A stretch of DNA of 64,000 nucleotides, taken from assembly GCA_907165135.1 (NCBI GenBank), contig OU015568.1:13764001-13828000 (forward strand), given 5' to 3'. Both the position numbers and the translations under genes were made by a program. The DNA comes from Oikopleura dioica. Its lineage: Eukaryota > Animalia > Chordata. The notes below the pieces were generated by a model. That model searched no databases. It had not been told where the DNA came from and saw only the letters and a list, made by a program, of their open reading frames with translations. Positions 35,161-46,914 of this stretch are shown here, piece by piece (within the stretch, counting starts at the first letter, position 1; each line of letters starts with the position of its first letter).

Positions 35161-36109
35161 ATGGAATCTGAAAGTTTAAATGTTGAAACCGGCGAGGTAA
35201 ATGACGTTCCGAATTCTACTGGAAATTATGTCGAAGACGTTTTTGCAACTGCAGCTCAAATTCGCAGACATAAACGACGTTACTACGCGGGCATGGAAAA
35301 CAACCCTCCGCTTTCTGGAGAGCCGATGGAGGACTTTATGGAAGCTTTCAGAGTTCAACGACCAGATTTCGTACTCACACCAGAACAGATAGAATGGTTC
35401 TACCCTAAATCAAAAACTCAAGAAGATTTTGATTTTACAAAAGAAGCCTTGGCACCAAACGTTATTCACGAGCAAAGTCAACTGCGACGACTTGTTCCGC
35501 CGATCACTCCAGCAGATGATTACTTTGAACCCGAAGAACTTGACGCGCTTATTGGGAAAGATCAGCCTTTACGAGCACCTACTAGACATCTTATCAGTAA
35601 GTTACAATTTTAAGATTTTACTAAAATTATTAGAACAGGGATGGCAGCATTTTTCACTCAATCCAGGCGCTGACAGCATGGGGCGATGGAAGGATCTTTG
35701 CAACAGATATGTGATAACTGTATTAAATAACCGCGATATTGTTAAACTTATTCGCGATTTAGTAGAGGTATTCTCTGGCTTATTGCGAATCAGCGTAGAC
35801 GCTTTTTACAGCACCAAATCGACAGCAACTGTTTATAATTATGAAACAGGCGAACCGGAAGTTCAGACCCAAACTCAAATAGCTTACCCTAATGGTTGGG
35901 GATCTGTAACGATAACGGAGTTTATTCGTCATCAAAAAGATCTGGATGATCTTTGCGCAGAACTGAATCCAAAAGATTTCGGCTCCAAATTACTGACAAA
36001 TACTTATCACACTAGAGACGTCTTTTCAGAAAGTAATGTTAGAGTTCACCGCCTGCTTGCCTTTCAAATCGTTATCAAACAATATCCAACTGCCTGGCTA
36101 TTTAAATAA
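35161..36109 (+). CDS. Spliced ~300-aa protein; C-terminus weakly resembles a conserved Polinton accessory domain
   Basis: A 37-bp GTAAGT..TAG intron at 35597-35633 joins ORF 35161-35613 to 35429-36109 in frame. Contains a YETGE..IRHQKDLDDLCAEL..DF pattern. Confidence 0.7.
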
Positions 36110-36305
36110 AGAAAAAAACCAAAAACTGACTTTTAAAATTATTTGACATTTATTTGAAAAATCGAGTAAGGAAAAAACATAGAAAGAACATTGAACATTA
36201 AAAGGGAAGATGCAGCGCGTAGCTCGGGAAATCGGCGTGTAGAGCAGGCAGGGATGAAAAGCTAAACAAATATTATTTTGTTGTAAGAGGTTGAAAATAT
36301 ACCTG

Positions 36306-37042
36306 TTAGTATTTTTTAGTGTCGCTTTTGTTTTTCTTCGCGCAGGGTTCATCAAAATGAACGTGTCGATCGATCGCGGAATTGGTTGCATGAGTTTGCT
36401 GAGTAGGGTTCGTTGACAAAGGAGGAGACGGCTGTTGTGTACGAGGAGGTGGTTGTTGTTGAAGATCCGGTCCCGTGAAAGCCTGTGGATACGTCCAAGA
36501 CGGTTGGCAACAGTGGCACAGGCGCTCTATCTGCAAAAGGTGCCCCGATCGACTCAGCCGAAGTCGCGAATTCGCGTATATGATCAACGAGCTCGCTGGT
36601 TGTAACTCTTCTAGCGGGAGATTCTGAGGAGGCTGCCAAACAGGCGAAACTACTGGCGACGGTTGAACTTGCGGCGGAGTCCAATAGAAGGGGTTCGGAT
36701 TGACGGCGGGAGGCACGTGATAGTTCACAGTACACGGGCCCACTGTATGAATGATCGTTCTCGGAGGGTTTCCTGTTTGTTGATAAAGCGGTGATTTCTC
36801 GAGGTCGGGGACAACTTGGTCTGTTTGCGGCTCTGTTGGCTTTTTGGAGACCAGAGACTCGATTGATGGGAATTGGATCGGGCTGGGAGTTCGAGGTTCC
36901 TCTGAGCTTGTTGAAAGGAGTTCGTCCTGAAGTGTTCTCGACAAATCCGGAGAGATGTCGTAAATTTTCTCCTGTTGATCCGGCGCGGGCTTCTAAAATA
37001 TGTAAGCGAATGATGATTTAGAAAAAATACCTGAGTGCTCAT
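36306..37042 (-). CDS. Pro/Gln-rich hypothetical protein, 2 exons
   Basis: A 38-bp intron at 36993-37030 joins MSTQ to KPAPDQQ.. in frame with ORF 36306-36944. Confidence 0.65.
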
Positions 37043-37108
37043 TCTGCGGCTGCTCTTGATTTTGTTGGCGATCTTTCTTGACGGGGAGCTAATTTATAAG
37101 TTAGAGAA

Positions 37109-39691
37109 CTAGATGGTGCTCGTTCTTACGATTAAGGCGTCAGTGGGGGCGACGACAAGATTTGCTTCTTCATGAGTAGTTTGTAAGTCGTCCGGTTTTT
37201 TAGCTGCTAAGAATAATAAGTACTTATAATCCATTCGTAAAATCAATGGCTTACCTTTTTTTCTGTAAATGTCGGGCCAATCAATACCGAAAATAAGCAA
37301 CGCGTCCGGACACAAGTTATAGGCGAGTTCCATGTAGTTGAGTACTTTGGTCATTTGCATTTGTTTACGTTGTAAGTAGATGCTGGGCAGGTTACATTCG
37401 AAATTTCGAAAGAGCCTCATTCGATAAAATGAATTATTTAGACGGCTTGAACAGCGGTCGCACGTAAATACGTCGTTTCCGATTTGATTTTGTTCAAATG
37501 GATTGATAAACGATGTTTGAAGAAATTGTTGGTCTTCAAAGGAGCATTTGATTTTTACCGGCAACTTTTTATCAAGCTGAGACGGGCAACTCGTGCAAAA
37601 GTCGACATAAAGAATACGGAGCTTTGTTAATAAACTTTTAATCTGCCGCTTTTGATGAAGAAGAAGTTGCTTCCTGGATCGTAAATGAAGTCGCATCAGC
37701 CGAAAACGATTTTGACGCTGTTGAAAAGTCTCCAAAGAACCTTTTTTCCACGTCGATAATTCATCAATTTCTTTTCGTGAAAACAGGATGGCTTGCTGTG
37801 CCTGTAAAAAGAGTTCTTGGACAAAATCGTTGAAATACTTCTTTATAGAAAGAAGTAAATGTAGAGCGCAATTGTCGCTTTGATTCTTTAAAAGATGAAT
37901 TCTGAAGACGTCCTGATTGAACAGCTTGCTTTTCATCAAACTGACATTTCCTTCGCACGTTTGAGATCCAAATGAAGGAGCAGAGATGAATGACGTATCT
38001 CCTGATCGCACCCTTTTCTTAGAAATTTTACCGATTCGCCAATCTTTTAACAGCGTTTGAGGGATTCTTTTCTCCAGGGCGAGACTAGGAGCGTCATTGG
38101 TCAGAAGTAGTGGGCAGTGTTTATAATAGGGCGCCATGTAATAAACTGTTTTTCCCAACAGCGTCAGATATTTAAAAAGATCAGTTTGATTAAAATACTT
38201 GCTTCGTAATTGATAGTCACTTTCTTCAAAATTATACGTTCTTTTCTCCAGCGGCACTGTCAAAAATTCGTATTCCTCATAATCATTAGTATTTGTCGTA
38301 GATGAAGGTTTAGCGTTTTGAAGTTGTTTGGATAACGAAGCTGCATCTGCCAGGAATTTCTTCGAAAAATTATAACTCTCGCAAGAAAAGGCTCCAAGAA
38401 GCGTTGTCATTTCGATCGAAATATCAACTTCGTCATCGAAGTTATTAAGTACAAATTCTTCTTGATCAAATTGAGCAGGATCGTTTGCAAAACGGTTACG
38501 ATACATAACCTCAGAAATGTCAGGATTGATCAGTCGGAACGCCCTAGAAATGAGCCTTGTAGATGGAGCGCCTGTTTGAACATCTTGCACTACTCTGTAC
38601 TCGATATCGAGGACAGAATACATGAATTCCAAGGTTGCCAAAGCGCCAGCAGGATTTGTAAAGGTCACATCCCCCAGTAAACCATCAATTGAAATAAAAT
38701 CAGCGTCAAAATTTTCAGGGCGAGCTTTGTATAAACGGGGATTTGGTGCGAAATCTTCAGAAGTAATTAGCGGAGCGTTTTCGGGATAATCTGTGTAGAC
38801 CTGTGCGTTTTTGTCGTTTGCAAGGGTAGGTAGAATTCGGCTTTCTAAGGTTTGAAGAGATTCATTCGTTTGTTTCGTCAAAGTCGTGTTTAAAGATGTT
38901 TTTTCAAATGGAAGAATTACAGGTGGCGGGTTATTCATGATTCTGTTTTTGATTTTTTGCCAGTCTTTACACTTTGTTGCAACTAGAAGTGTATTCCTCC
39001 ACTGTCCATCAATATACGGCGAGAAGGAAAAATGAAAGGTCTGATCTGGTAAACTGAAGTCCATGAAATTTGTAAGACCAAAAAGACCTCGACGTTGAAA
39101 ACATTCTTTAAACACAGCGACTTCCAATACTTGCTCATAAAAATTAGGTTTGTCTCGTTCATCAGTTAACGCGGGTTCTCCCACTCGTATTCTAAAAGCA
39201 AAGTAAGAATCCAGTATTAAAAAGCAAAAATTACCGCTTTGGAGAGTGTTGATGAAGTCGATCAGTACTTTTGTGAATTCGTGGGGGATCAGAATTGACC
39301 CGTCTGGCGCTCGGTGAACAAGAATCGCTTCTTGTTTGCTCGGAAGAATTTTCGCTTGTTCTGGCACTTGATCTGTCGGAAGTACTATTTTTGGCGATAT
39401 TGGGCGCGTGTTTAGGCTTCTGGCAAAAAGATAACCGAGAAGAATCATCAGAAGTGTTAGTAGAATTGTGATCCCGAGGATGATAAGAATCATCTGATGT
39501 GTTGGACTCCTCAAAGGACATAGACGATCCCGAAGAGAAGATTGCGATATTGTCGCATTCAGGCTCGTAGTTTCGGTTTCGCTGCAACTTTCCGTTGTCG
39601 TTTGATCCGTTGTGATCGACTCTGGCGACTGGGCTGCTTCTTCTCGCGGTATCCGGCCAAATATGGCAACGCGGATCGGCTCCTGTATCAA
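37109..39691 (-). CDS. Large (~800-860 aa) single-pass membrane protein of unknown function
   Basis: One N-proximal hydrophobic helix MILIILGITILLTLLMILLGYLFA. Seven N-X-S/T sequons follow it, and the C-terminal region contains several Cys. Confidence 0.8.
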   Translation of the reverse strand: MIQEPIRVAIFGRIPREEAAQSPESITTDQTTTESCSETETTSLNATISQSSLRDRLCPLRSPTHQMILIILGITILLTLLMILLGYLFARSLNTRPISPKIVLPTDQVPEQAKILPSKQEAILVHRAPDGSILIPHEFTKVLIDFINTLQSGNFCFLILDSYFAFRIRVGEPALTDERDKPNFYEQVLEVAVFKECFQRRGLFGLTNFMDFSLPDQTFHFSFSPYIDGQWRNTLLVATKCKDWQKIKNRIMNNPPPVILPFEKTSLNTTLTKQTNESLQTLESRILPTLANDKNAQVYTDYPENAPLITSEDFAPNPRLYKARPENFDADFISIDGLLGDVTFTNPAGALATLEFMYSVLDIEYRVVQDVQTGAPSTRLISRAFRLINPDISEVMYRNRFANDPAQFDQEEFVLNNFDDEVDISIEMTTLLGAFSCESYNFSKKFLADAASLSKQLQNAKPSSTTNTNDYEEYEFLTVPLEKRTYNFEESDYQLRSKYFNQTDLFKYLTLLGKTVYYMAPYYKHCPLLLTNDAPSLALEKRIPQTLLKDWRIGKISKKRVRSGDTSFISAPSFGSQTCEGNVSLMKSKLFNQDVFRIHLLKNQSDNCALHLLLSIKKYFNDFVQELFLQAQQAILFSRKEIDELSTWKKGSLETFQQRQNRFRLMRLHLRSRKQLLLHQKRQIKSLLTKLRILYVDFCTSCPSQLDKKLPVKIKCSFEDQQFLQTSFINPFEQNQIGNDVFTCDRCSSRLNNSFYRMRLFRNFECNLPSIYLQRKQMQMTKVLNYMELAYNLCPDALLIFGIDWPDIYRKKGKPLILRMDYKYLLFLAAKKPDDLQTTHEEANLVVAPTDALIVRTSTI

Positions 39692-39750
39692 AGTTGTCTG
39701 CGACTCCCCTTCCTAAATCGTGATTATCAACTTGCTCATGAAAAATAAAT

Positions 39751-40332
39751 TTAAGCACCTGATACGTTCTCGGAGCTGGCATACGATGGGCCAACGGATG
39801 AAGTGCTGGAGTAGGTGGGACTGATATGAATGCTTGATCCTGAAGCGCTTTTTTCACAGAACTGTGGACGAAAGGCTTTGTCATTTGATAGTGATTCTGT
39901 TGATGATAATTGGGACGATGCTGTGGAATGAGATAGGGCTTCTGCTTCTCTGGCTTGAAAGTGGCTAGTTCGGGGACTAACTTTGGCGTTAGCCCGCTCT
40001 TTGATGTCGATGGTGCTGCCGGGAGCGGCGGAAGTTCCAGCATTAACTTCCCTAACATGGTCTTTCGTCGCTGTCGTGACTGGACTTTCCAATTTTGCTC
40101 TTTTTGCAATTTTGAACTTGGAATCAAAAGCGTCTGCGGTGATAACGACGAACTCCTCGTTGCTGCCTGCGTTTTCATTATTTGTTGAAAAATCTCTACT
40201 GTTAACTTTGCCCATCAACAAAAAGTCATTTTTGTCGGGAGAAAATTTTATTTTTTCAATATTTCTAAGTGAACTAAACAGCGCGAGGTTAAATTTATAA
40301 GTTGGAGGGCGACACAGCCATAGATGGAGCAA
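39751..40332 (-). CDS. Ser-rich hypothetical protein (possibly an upstream exon of the 860-aa gene)
   Basis: 193-codon ORF with a likely ATG at MGKVNS. A phase-0 GT..TTTAG intron could join it to the 37109-39691 frame. Confidence 0.45.
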   Translation of the reverse strand: MLHLWLCRPPTYKFNLALFSSLRNIEKIKFSPDKNDFLLMGKVNSRDFSTNNENAGSNEEFVVITADAFDSKFKIAKRAKLESPVTTATKDHVREVNAGTSAAPGSTIDIKERANAKVSPRTSHFQAREAEALSHSTASSQLSSTESLSNDKAFRPQFCEKSASGSSIHISPTYSSTSSVGPSYASSENVSGA

Positions 40333-40378
40333 TGTTTTTCAAAAACAAAAGTTGATAATAAAGTATAAACGCGTTAAT

Positions 40379-41517
40379 TTAGAATGCTAAAGTGAGTCCT
40401 AAGGGTTCTAAAAGCAGAGTTAAAAAAGATCGCCGTGATTGTAAGTCAGGCGATCGGTTTGTCGACACTTTCGTCTGGGATATCGTCGAGGAGAGTCCGT
40501 CTGCGCTGGTGCTGGTTTCGCCTTTTTAGCCGACTTGGTGGTCGACGCAGATTGGTCTGCTCGTTTGCCCCTTATAAATAATTTGTTATTAATAAAATTG
40601 ACAATTTGATATTACTTCTTGGCTTGAATCGGATCGTTTTCGAAGCTAACGGCATCTTCTTGGGCGGCAGACGATTGATAACCGCTAGTTGAAGTGGAGC
40701 CCGATTGTCCGCTTGTGCAGGTGGAGCCTGATGATGTTGTCGTGACGGTGCTTTGAGAAAGAACAGATGACGCGTAAGACGACACTGAAGACGTTGTAGT
40801 AGTAACAACTACTCGGCGATCGTGAGGAATGCCTTCAAACACGTCGTCATCACTGTAATCGTCGCTATTACAGTCATCTTCCACAGAAGCACTTTCCGAC
40901 GGAAGAGGAGTAACACTAGAAGACGATCGAGCAGGATCTCCGTTATCGCCCCCTGATTTTGTTGGCTCTTTTTCGCCTTCGATTTTGACGCAAACTTCGT
41001 CGACGATTTCGATATTATCGGAGTCGTTTGAGTTCTCACCAACTTTCTCAAATCGGTTATACGATTTGAAGCTAAAATGAATTTAAAAACGTTTGTGATA
41101 TGAGTAATTTTACCTATTCATAATCGCGACCGGGGAATCGTATGGCATTGAAACTGCACTGTGAAAAGACGCGCCGCTTTCATCTAGATCATCCTTTTGC
41201 TCTGTAAGTGAAGCCATTTCTTTGCCTTCTTTTTCAATCGACATTACGGGAATATCTGAATCCTCTTTTACAAAAGAAACGGAATCGTGTTCGTCGACCA
41301 GGGCTTCTTTTTCTTCCGGGGGGCTTTTAATCAAGGGCGCAGCTGCGTTACGACCTGGGGGACCCCAAATTCGAGGTTGTTGGACAGGACGCTCATTGAA
41401 TATCTTTGACATTGGACTCATCGGCGCGCTTTCGTACTCAAGCTTGACATCCTGGATCTTGAGATCTTTGTTGACGAGCTTCATAAGATCGTATTTTTTA
41501 CGAATGCTGCTAACCAC
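40379..41517 (-). CDS. Multi-exon, likely disordered Ser/acidic protein (5' end unresolved)
   Basis: Two short GT-AG introns (~41074-41115 and ~40574-40618) join ORF 41110-41517, the frame of 40612-40884, and a final exon in frame. Confidence 0.55.
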
Positions 41518-41865
41518 TTGTCGGAAATTTGGCGAGTCGTCGTCTTCAGCACATTCTGGAGTTTTCGGCGGTTTTTTTGTAGGCCCGACAGCAGGATCGA
41601 TAACCTAAATTATTTCATAAGACGAGAATTGAAGCGTAAAATTTCGGCTTGAAACCGGGGCACCGTTAAATATTGACCGGACGCAAAAAAGAGCGTTGAT
41701 AGTGCTAAACCAAATGGGAAAGCAATCGAGCGAATGAGGCAAAACCGGAACTAGCCCGGATATCGTCTCCGGAACGGTCAACGCTTCGCCCGGGAAATGC
41801 TAAGGCCTGTCTGAAATATTATACACGTGCCAAAAATGCTCCTGAAAAAGCACGAGCAGAGGAAG

Positions 41866-42936
41866 TTAACGTGATCCTAGCCCAGCCGTCAGACGGCTGG
41901 ATTTCAACTTATGTTTCATTGAAAAACGTGCGTACGCTCGCCCGTTTAAGTGTCTGTTCAGATATCCGCCAAGCTGGGGGACAGCTTGCTGCAACGCTCG
42001 ATTTACCTCATCCGCAGCGGAAGCTTCTTCTTTAACCGTCTTCTTTTCCAAAAAGGACGAGCTGTCGACGCTGTGGGTAGCAAGAGGATGGGCCGGGCAC
42101 GGTTGTTTCCGTCGAAGAGATCCCTTGCGCACCAGATGGCTTAGTTGAGGATTCGTTTGGACAACCGACGCGGGCTTCACAGGTTCTTTACTAATAGAAA
42201 GCTCCTCTACGCCGGGATTTAACTTTTTTAGCTCAGCCAGCGTAGTGGAATCAATCTCATCTTCGCTTTCGGACGAGCTCGATTCTTCAGACTTGACGGG
42301 CGCGGCTGAAAAGTTCTTTTCTAACCATTGCGCGGCTTGTTCTTCTTCTGTCGGCGGCTCTTCTTCTTCAGAGATGGAATCAAAGTTTTCTTTTTCGGTA
42401 AAATCGTAACTCGGCGGCGCTGGTTCGTTGTTATTAGCTTCACCTATCTCATTAACGATGTTTCCCATTGAAAACTGAGTCGTTTGAGCAGGAGCTCCGC
42501 CAGAAGGGCTCTTTTTTTTCGGAGACTTACCGAAAACCAGCTCTCGCAGAGATCTTTTGCGGCGCAAAGGCTCTCTCGGGCCCTGGTTTTCATCATCGTC
42601 TGGGTCTCGTGAGAGTTGAGCGTAACTTGGAGGAGGTGCGCATTGTTCTCGAGTCAGTTGGCGACGCGACTGAGGTTGACTCTGGACAGGAGGTGCTGGA
42701 TGAATCTGCGGCTCTCGTCGTTCAGAATGCTGCTGCCTGCGTTGTTGATCGAAAAGAAGCCACTCTTGACGCTGTTGCCGCTCCTGCATCGCAAGTCTTT
42801 CCGCTTGAGCATTTGCCCTCTGCCACTGCTCTGCCCGTCGTTGGTTCTTTCGTTGCTGCTCCTGGTAATACTCGTCGTTTCTTGCAGCGTCACGGTCGTT
42901 TCGATTGGCTAAAAAGCGTACGACTTTTGTAAACAT
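41866..42936 (-). CDS. Gln/Arg-rich coiled-coil plus acidic low-complexity protein
   Basis: 356 codons from the ATG at 42936 (MFTKVV..). Confidence 0.65.
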   Translation of the reverse strand: MFTKVVRFLANRNDRDAARNDEYYQEQQRKNQRRAEQWQRANAQAERLAMQERQQRQEWLLFDQQRRQQHSERREPQIHPAPPVQSQPQSRRQLTREQCAPPPSYAQLSRDPDDDENQGPREPLRRKRSLRELVFGKSPKKKSPSGGAPAQTTQFSMGNIVNEIGEANNNEPAPPSYDFTEKENFDSISEEEEPPTEEEQAAQWLEKNFSAAPVKSEESSSSESEDEIDSTTLAELKKLNPGVEELSISKEPVKPASVVQTNPQLSHLVRKGSLRRKQPCPAHPLATHSVDSSSFLEKKTVKEEASAADEVNRALQQAVPQLGGYLNRHLNGRAYARFSMKHKLKSSRLTAGLGSR

Positions 42937-43165
42937 GCAATTGTTAACTAATATCAAAACTAACATGAATATGCGCTAGCTCCAAAAGTTCCATTATAAA
43001 TTCGAGACCCGCTTCCATATCGAGAGCTGTTTCGCGAAAAGTTAACGACATTATCACGGTCCAAAAGTAGTTCTCTTGCAGTCATTCGTTCTGACAAACC
43101 TGTTGGCCTTTTGAACATCAAAATCTAACAGCTCAATTAGGAGCCGTATAATCATGTTCGGATAA

Positions 43166-44353
43166 TTAACTCCGAAACTTACCTCGACAGCACGAAGGGC
43201 ACCAACGCTGGATCCGCTGATCGTGAAACATTCCCCAACGCGGTCGCTGATGTTCCCGCAAACAGCCACACCAGTATCGAAAAACATCCACCAAGAAGAA
43301 CAGAAGATCGAAAAAGAAATCTCGAATGTGCTTGAAAATTACAACACGAATGAGACCGCAATTTTCGTTTGGATTTCGGTATTTGATGATGCATGAGACG
43401 ATTAGGTAGAAACTGAGCAAGGCGGCAACGAAGAGCAGAAGGATCTTCCAAGTTGGCAGCCTGAAAATATTTTTCTGAGAAAAGTTCATTAAAAGTTCAT
43501 CTATTTCCGGTTCCGAGAAAAAGAAGCACTGGAATTCCACGAAAAACGGATTAAAAGTTCGCGCGCATCCGGTTCCGAGAAAATGATGCACTGGTATTCC
43601 AAGAAAAGTGGTCTAAAAGTTTGTGACCTTCCGGTCGCGCGAACACTAGAAGACACGGTCTAAGCGCACGGATTAAAGTTTACACAAAAAGATGCACTGG
43701 ATAATTGTATAAAAGGAGCTGCGCGAAAAACTCGGCTCATTCGAGTTCAAGCTAGGATAAGGAAATAGAAAAAATAAAATTTAAAGTTGCAGGGTAGCAA
43801 AAGTTTCATGGTAGCAAAAAATCGCATGGTAGTAAAATTTTTATGGTAGCAACTCTAATTTACAAAAGTTAAGTAGCATAATTTTGATCTGACCTAAACT
43901 TAACTCACTTAAAAATTTTTTGCTACCTTGAATCAAAGTATACCATGCAACAAAACCCTACCTTGACTCAAAATTTTCTTCGCCGCCGGCGGCAACTGCG
44001 CTGGGCTCGGTAGAATTCTGCCGTGTTACCAACTGCTCGGTACTTGGAATAGCTGTGGTCACCTCTTCTGTAGATGTTGTAGTCGTTTCAACTGTCGACG
44101 TCGTTGAAGTAGTTTCAATGGTAGCCAAAGATGAAAACGTAGACTCTTTACTGGTCGGAGGTGGAGCGGGGGCGGACTGCGTTGTTGTAGTCGGCGGGTC
44201 CGTAGTTGTTGATCTTGACGCCTCCAGGCAATGCCGATTGTAATAATGCCCTCGAGAGCACCAATAGTCATGCTTATCAAAAGGATGAATTTCTTCGCAT
44301 TCCCATTGATTATAAGCGACAAGGGATCCTATTACGAAAACGATCGACTTCAT
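43166..44353 (-). CDS. Putative type I membrane mucin-like glycoprotein (2 exons)
   Basis: Signal-like MKSIVFVIGSLVA, a 3-Cys segment and a Thr/Ser-rich stalk (43958-44353). A candidate 501-bp intron at 43461-43961 joins in frame to LPTWKILLLFVAALLSFYLIVSCII (TM) and a tail. Confidence 0.5.
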
Positions 44354-44442
44354 CCCCTTTCAATTGTCTAAAGTAATAAGATTTAATAATAAAATCGGAA
44401 AAAACAGATGTTACGTCAGAAAGTACTGGAAAAACAGTCTGT

Positions 44443-45593
44443 TTACATCGAAAATTTTTTAAAGCTCCTCGTCAGAGGAGACAAGAGCAATTCGTGAACC
44501 GTTTTTGGGACGACAATCTCGTCTTCGCTGCTTGTCGATGGGCAATCCAAGCGGAAGTCGGCGCCGGAACGGTCTTCTTCGTCGCTCATGTATTTTGCAG
44601 GAGCATCGTCACTGCTTATGTAAACAACCTGGGAGTTGTTATTGTTGCTGTCCTCCATCGTGGCCGAAGTTGCCTTTTCTTCATCGCCGCTGTCGTCCTT
44701 GTGGTCTGGCAGTCGACGAACGGGCTTGGACTTGAATTGCGTTTCAAGGAACGGTGAGGAGTCGTCGCCCAAGACCTTTAGAATCGATGGTGATTGCGCC
44801 TTGAAAGCTGTGATAATTTCGTGTCGATATTTGACAGCGAAGGGCAAAACTTTTTCAAGTTTTGAAGATTGAGGAAATACCTCAAATGCGTGCGCCTTGA
44901 AGAACTTTGCAGGGATCGGAGAAGATAGGCCAAACTTAATTTGATTTTAATTATAGTTTCATAAAATTTTAAAAACGTACCAATGCAAGAAAAGCCCCAT
45001 CTTCACTGGCAGGTGTCTGCGAGGCGCGGAGAAGGTAGATTTGAATCGCCTCATTTGTCGGGATATAATCGACGTTTTCTTGAAAAACCTCCGGAAGTAC
45101 GGAGCGAAGGTTTTTCAGCATATCAAGGAATGTAGCGGATCCTCGATACTCCGTTGAGTGGACACGGTCGCGGCCCAAGTACTGGTCCATTCGATCCCGA
45201 AGAATAGCAAAACGCTCAAAAAGCGTCACATCGTCATTCTCCGAGCTGTCAAGAAAGGCCGTCATTTCGTGATCTGGTAGGGCTCTGATCCCTTTGAAGA
45301 GCTTTAGCTCAATTGAGTCGGATAACGCCTGGATTTGCGCTGGCGCGGACTGTCGGTAAATTTCGTCGGCTCGGCCAAGAACAGCGAGGATCTAGAATAG
45401 AAATAAGAAGCCATTCATAAAATCAATGTTACCTCTGGCGCAGGAGCGACCATTTTAGCTGGAGGTTCCGTCGGTAACGGAACAAAGTCGAGCGCCAAAA
45501 GAAGTCGAGCCTTATCCACGGCGAAATTGTCCTTGAAAAAGGTGGGCCATGGGAAGTACGGCTTCATCTTCAACTCGTTGATGGCCATCATGA
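44443..45593 (-). CDS. Multi-exon hypothetical protein
   Basis: Short GT-AG introns join ..MVAPAPE|ILAVLGRADE.. and ..FLAL|FGLSSP.. in frame through ORFs 44969-45265 and 44443-44847. Start position approximate. Confidence 0.55.
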
Positions 45594-46914
45594 CAATCGA
45601 CGGCGGACCGAGCTCTGGATCGTTGATGTCCAGAAGTTTCCAGTTTTCGCCCCCGAATCGAACCTATTATCGTTAATATTTTTTTCAAAAGAATTAGCTT
45701 ACCCAAACATAGAGTACTTCAATGCACAAGTTGTCGGCGAGGTCCTGAGAAAATTGTGCGTGAAAACCCGCCAAAACTTCCCACGACTTTTTCGGCCCAG
45801 CGTATTTACCGGGCTTCGTCCAGTACTTGTCATCCTCGATGTTCTCGATTTGCGCGGCAATTACTTTTTGACGAATGATCTCGACATCGTCAGACTCGCC
45901 CTCGACAAGTACAGCAGAACGTTGAAGAAACTTGCCAACAGTCGTTTCGGCAAGAGTGGGACGAAGACCGCGGACGCTATCCGCAGCGGTAGCATAGATT
46001 GTCTGGAGCTCGCGGCGATTCAAGCACCAAGAGCTTTTTTCTTCGGCGAAATCTTCAGCCGCTTTTTTTGACGACTCAGAAGTCATCGAACCGCCAAGAT
46101 CTTTTACAATCTTCTGTTCAAAACGGTCAACTTTGTGGTACAAAGGCGCGACCGTGCCCGCCTTGACGTCGATTTGAGACGGCTTCGCATCTTTACTCCA
46201 GCGCTTCTCGTCGACTCCAAATGGAAGACTCTTTTGCATTCCAACCGTTTTTTGGTCGAGTTGAGGAACACCACAGCGACTTGTGGACGGAACGGAATCG
46301 TCTTGACGGGTCGACATTGGCGTAAAAATCAACTCCGACTCAGAGTCGCCGTCTTGGTCAGAAGCTCGCGGAAGAGGCTTTTGACGGCACTTGTTCTCGC
46401 CAGCGTCAGTGCGAACGACGTAGCGAACGCCTCCATTATCCTCCTTGGCGACGATGAAGGACCGCTTTGGCTCGCAGGTAATCTCAACGATAGACGGACA
46501 TGTGTCTTCTCCGTTGAGCATTTTTTCGATTCGCTCCGCTTCATGCCAATTGAGTTTTAAGGAGGGGTGGGTAGCTCGGGCTTGGAATTCGCTAATGCTA
46601 GAAATCGGCACCTCCGGCGCGTGTTCCCACTCGTAGGGCAATCCAAAGCAGTCCTTGACGCCGATAAGGCCACGCCGCCGTGTTGGAGATGGCGAGTTTT
46701 TTCTATCAGCGAGCTTTTTAATCGCTTCAGGAACGATCTTTTTTAGGCTTACTTTGACGATTTTCAAATTCAAAAAAGCATAAAAGCGAACCCCATTCCT
46801 TTTTTTCACGTCGCTGACGTCGCGGCGGTGTTTCAGCAACAGGAAGATTGTCAAATCTGACGCGGCGAGAAGCTTTTGATTGCTTCTTTTTCGAAATTCG
46901 AAGAGGTGGCTCAA
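45512..46914 (-). CDS. Hypothetical protein (>=450 aa, spliced; 5' end unresolved)
   Basis: 406-codon ORF ending LYVW|GTAAGC; a short intron joins it in frame to VRFGGENWKLLD.. (ORF 45512-45706). Confidence 0.6.

Noticed and set aside
38900-39300. Fukutin/LicD-like resemblance in the 860-aa protein
   Set aside because: Only a vague hydrophobic pattern; no nucleotidyltransferase G-T-x-L-G..D-x-D motif was found.
39231-40178. 315-codon alternative minus-strand frame overlapping two ORFs
   Set aside because: It starts at a non-ATG codon in low-complexity Ser/Thr-rich DNA. There is no independent support, though it cannot be fully excluded.
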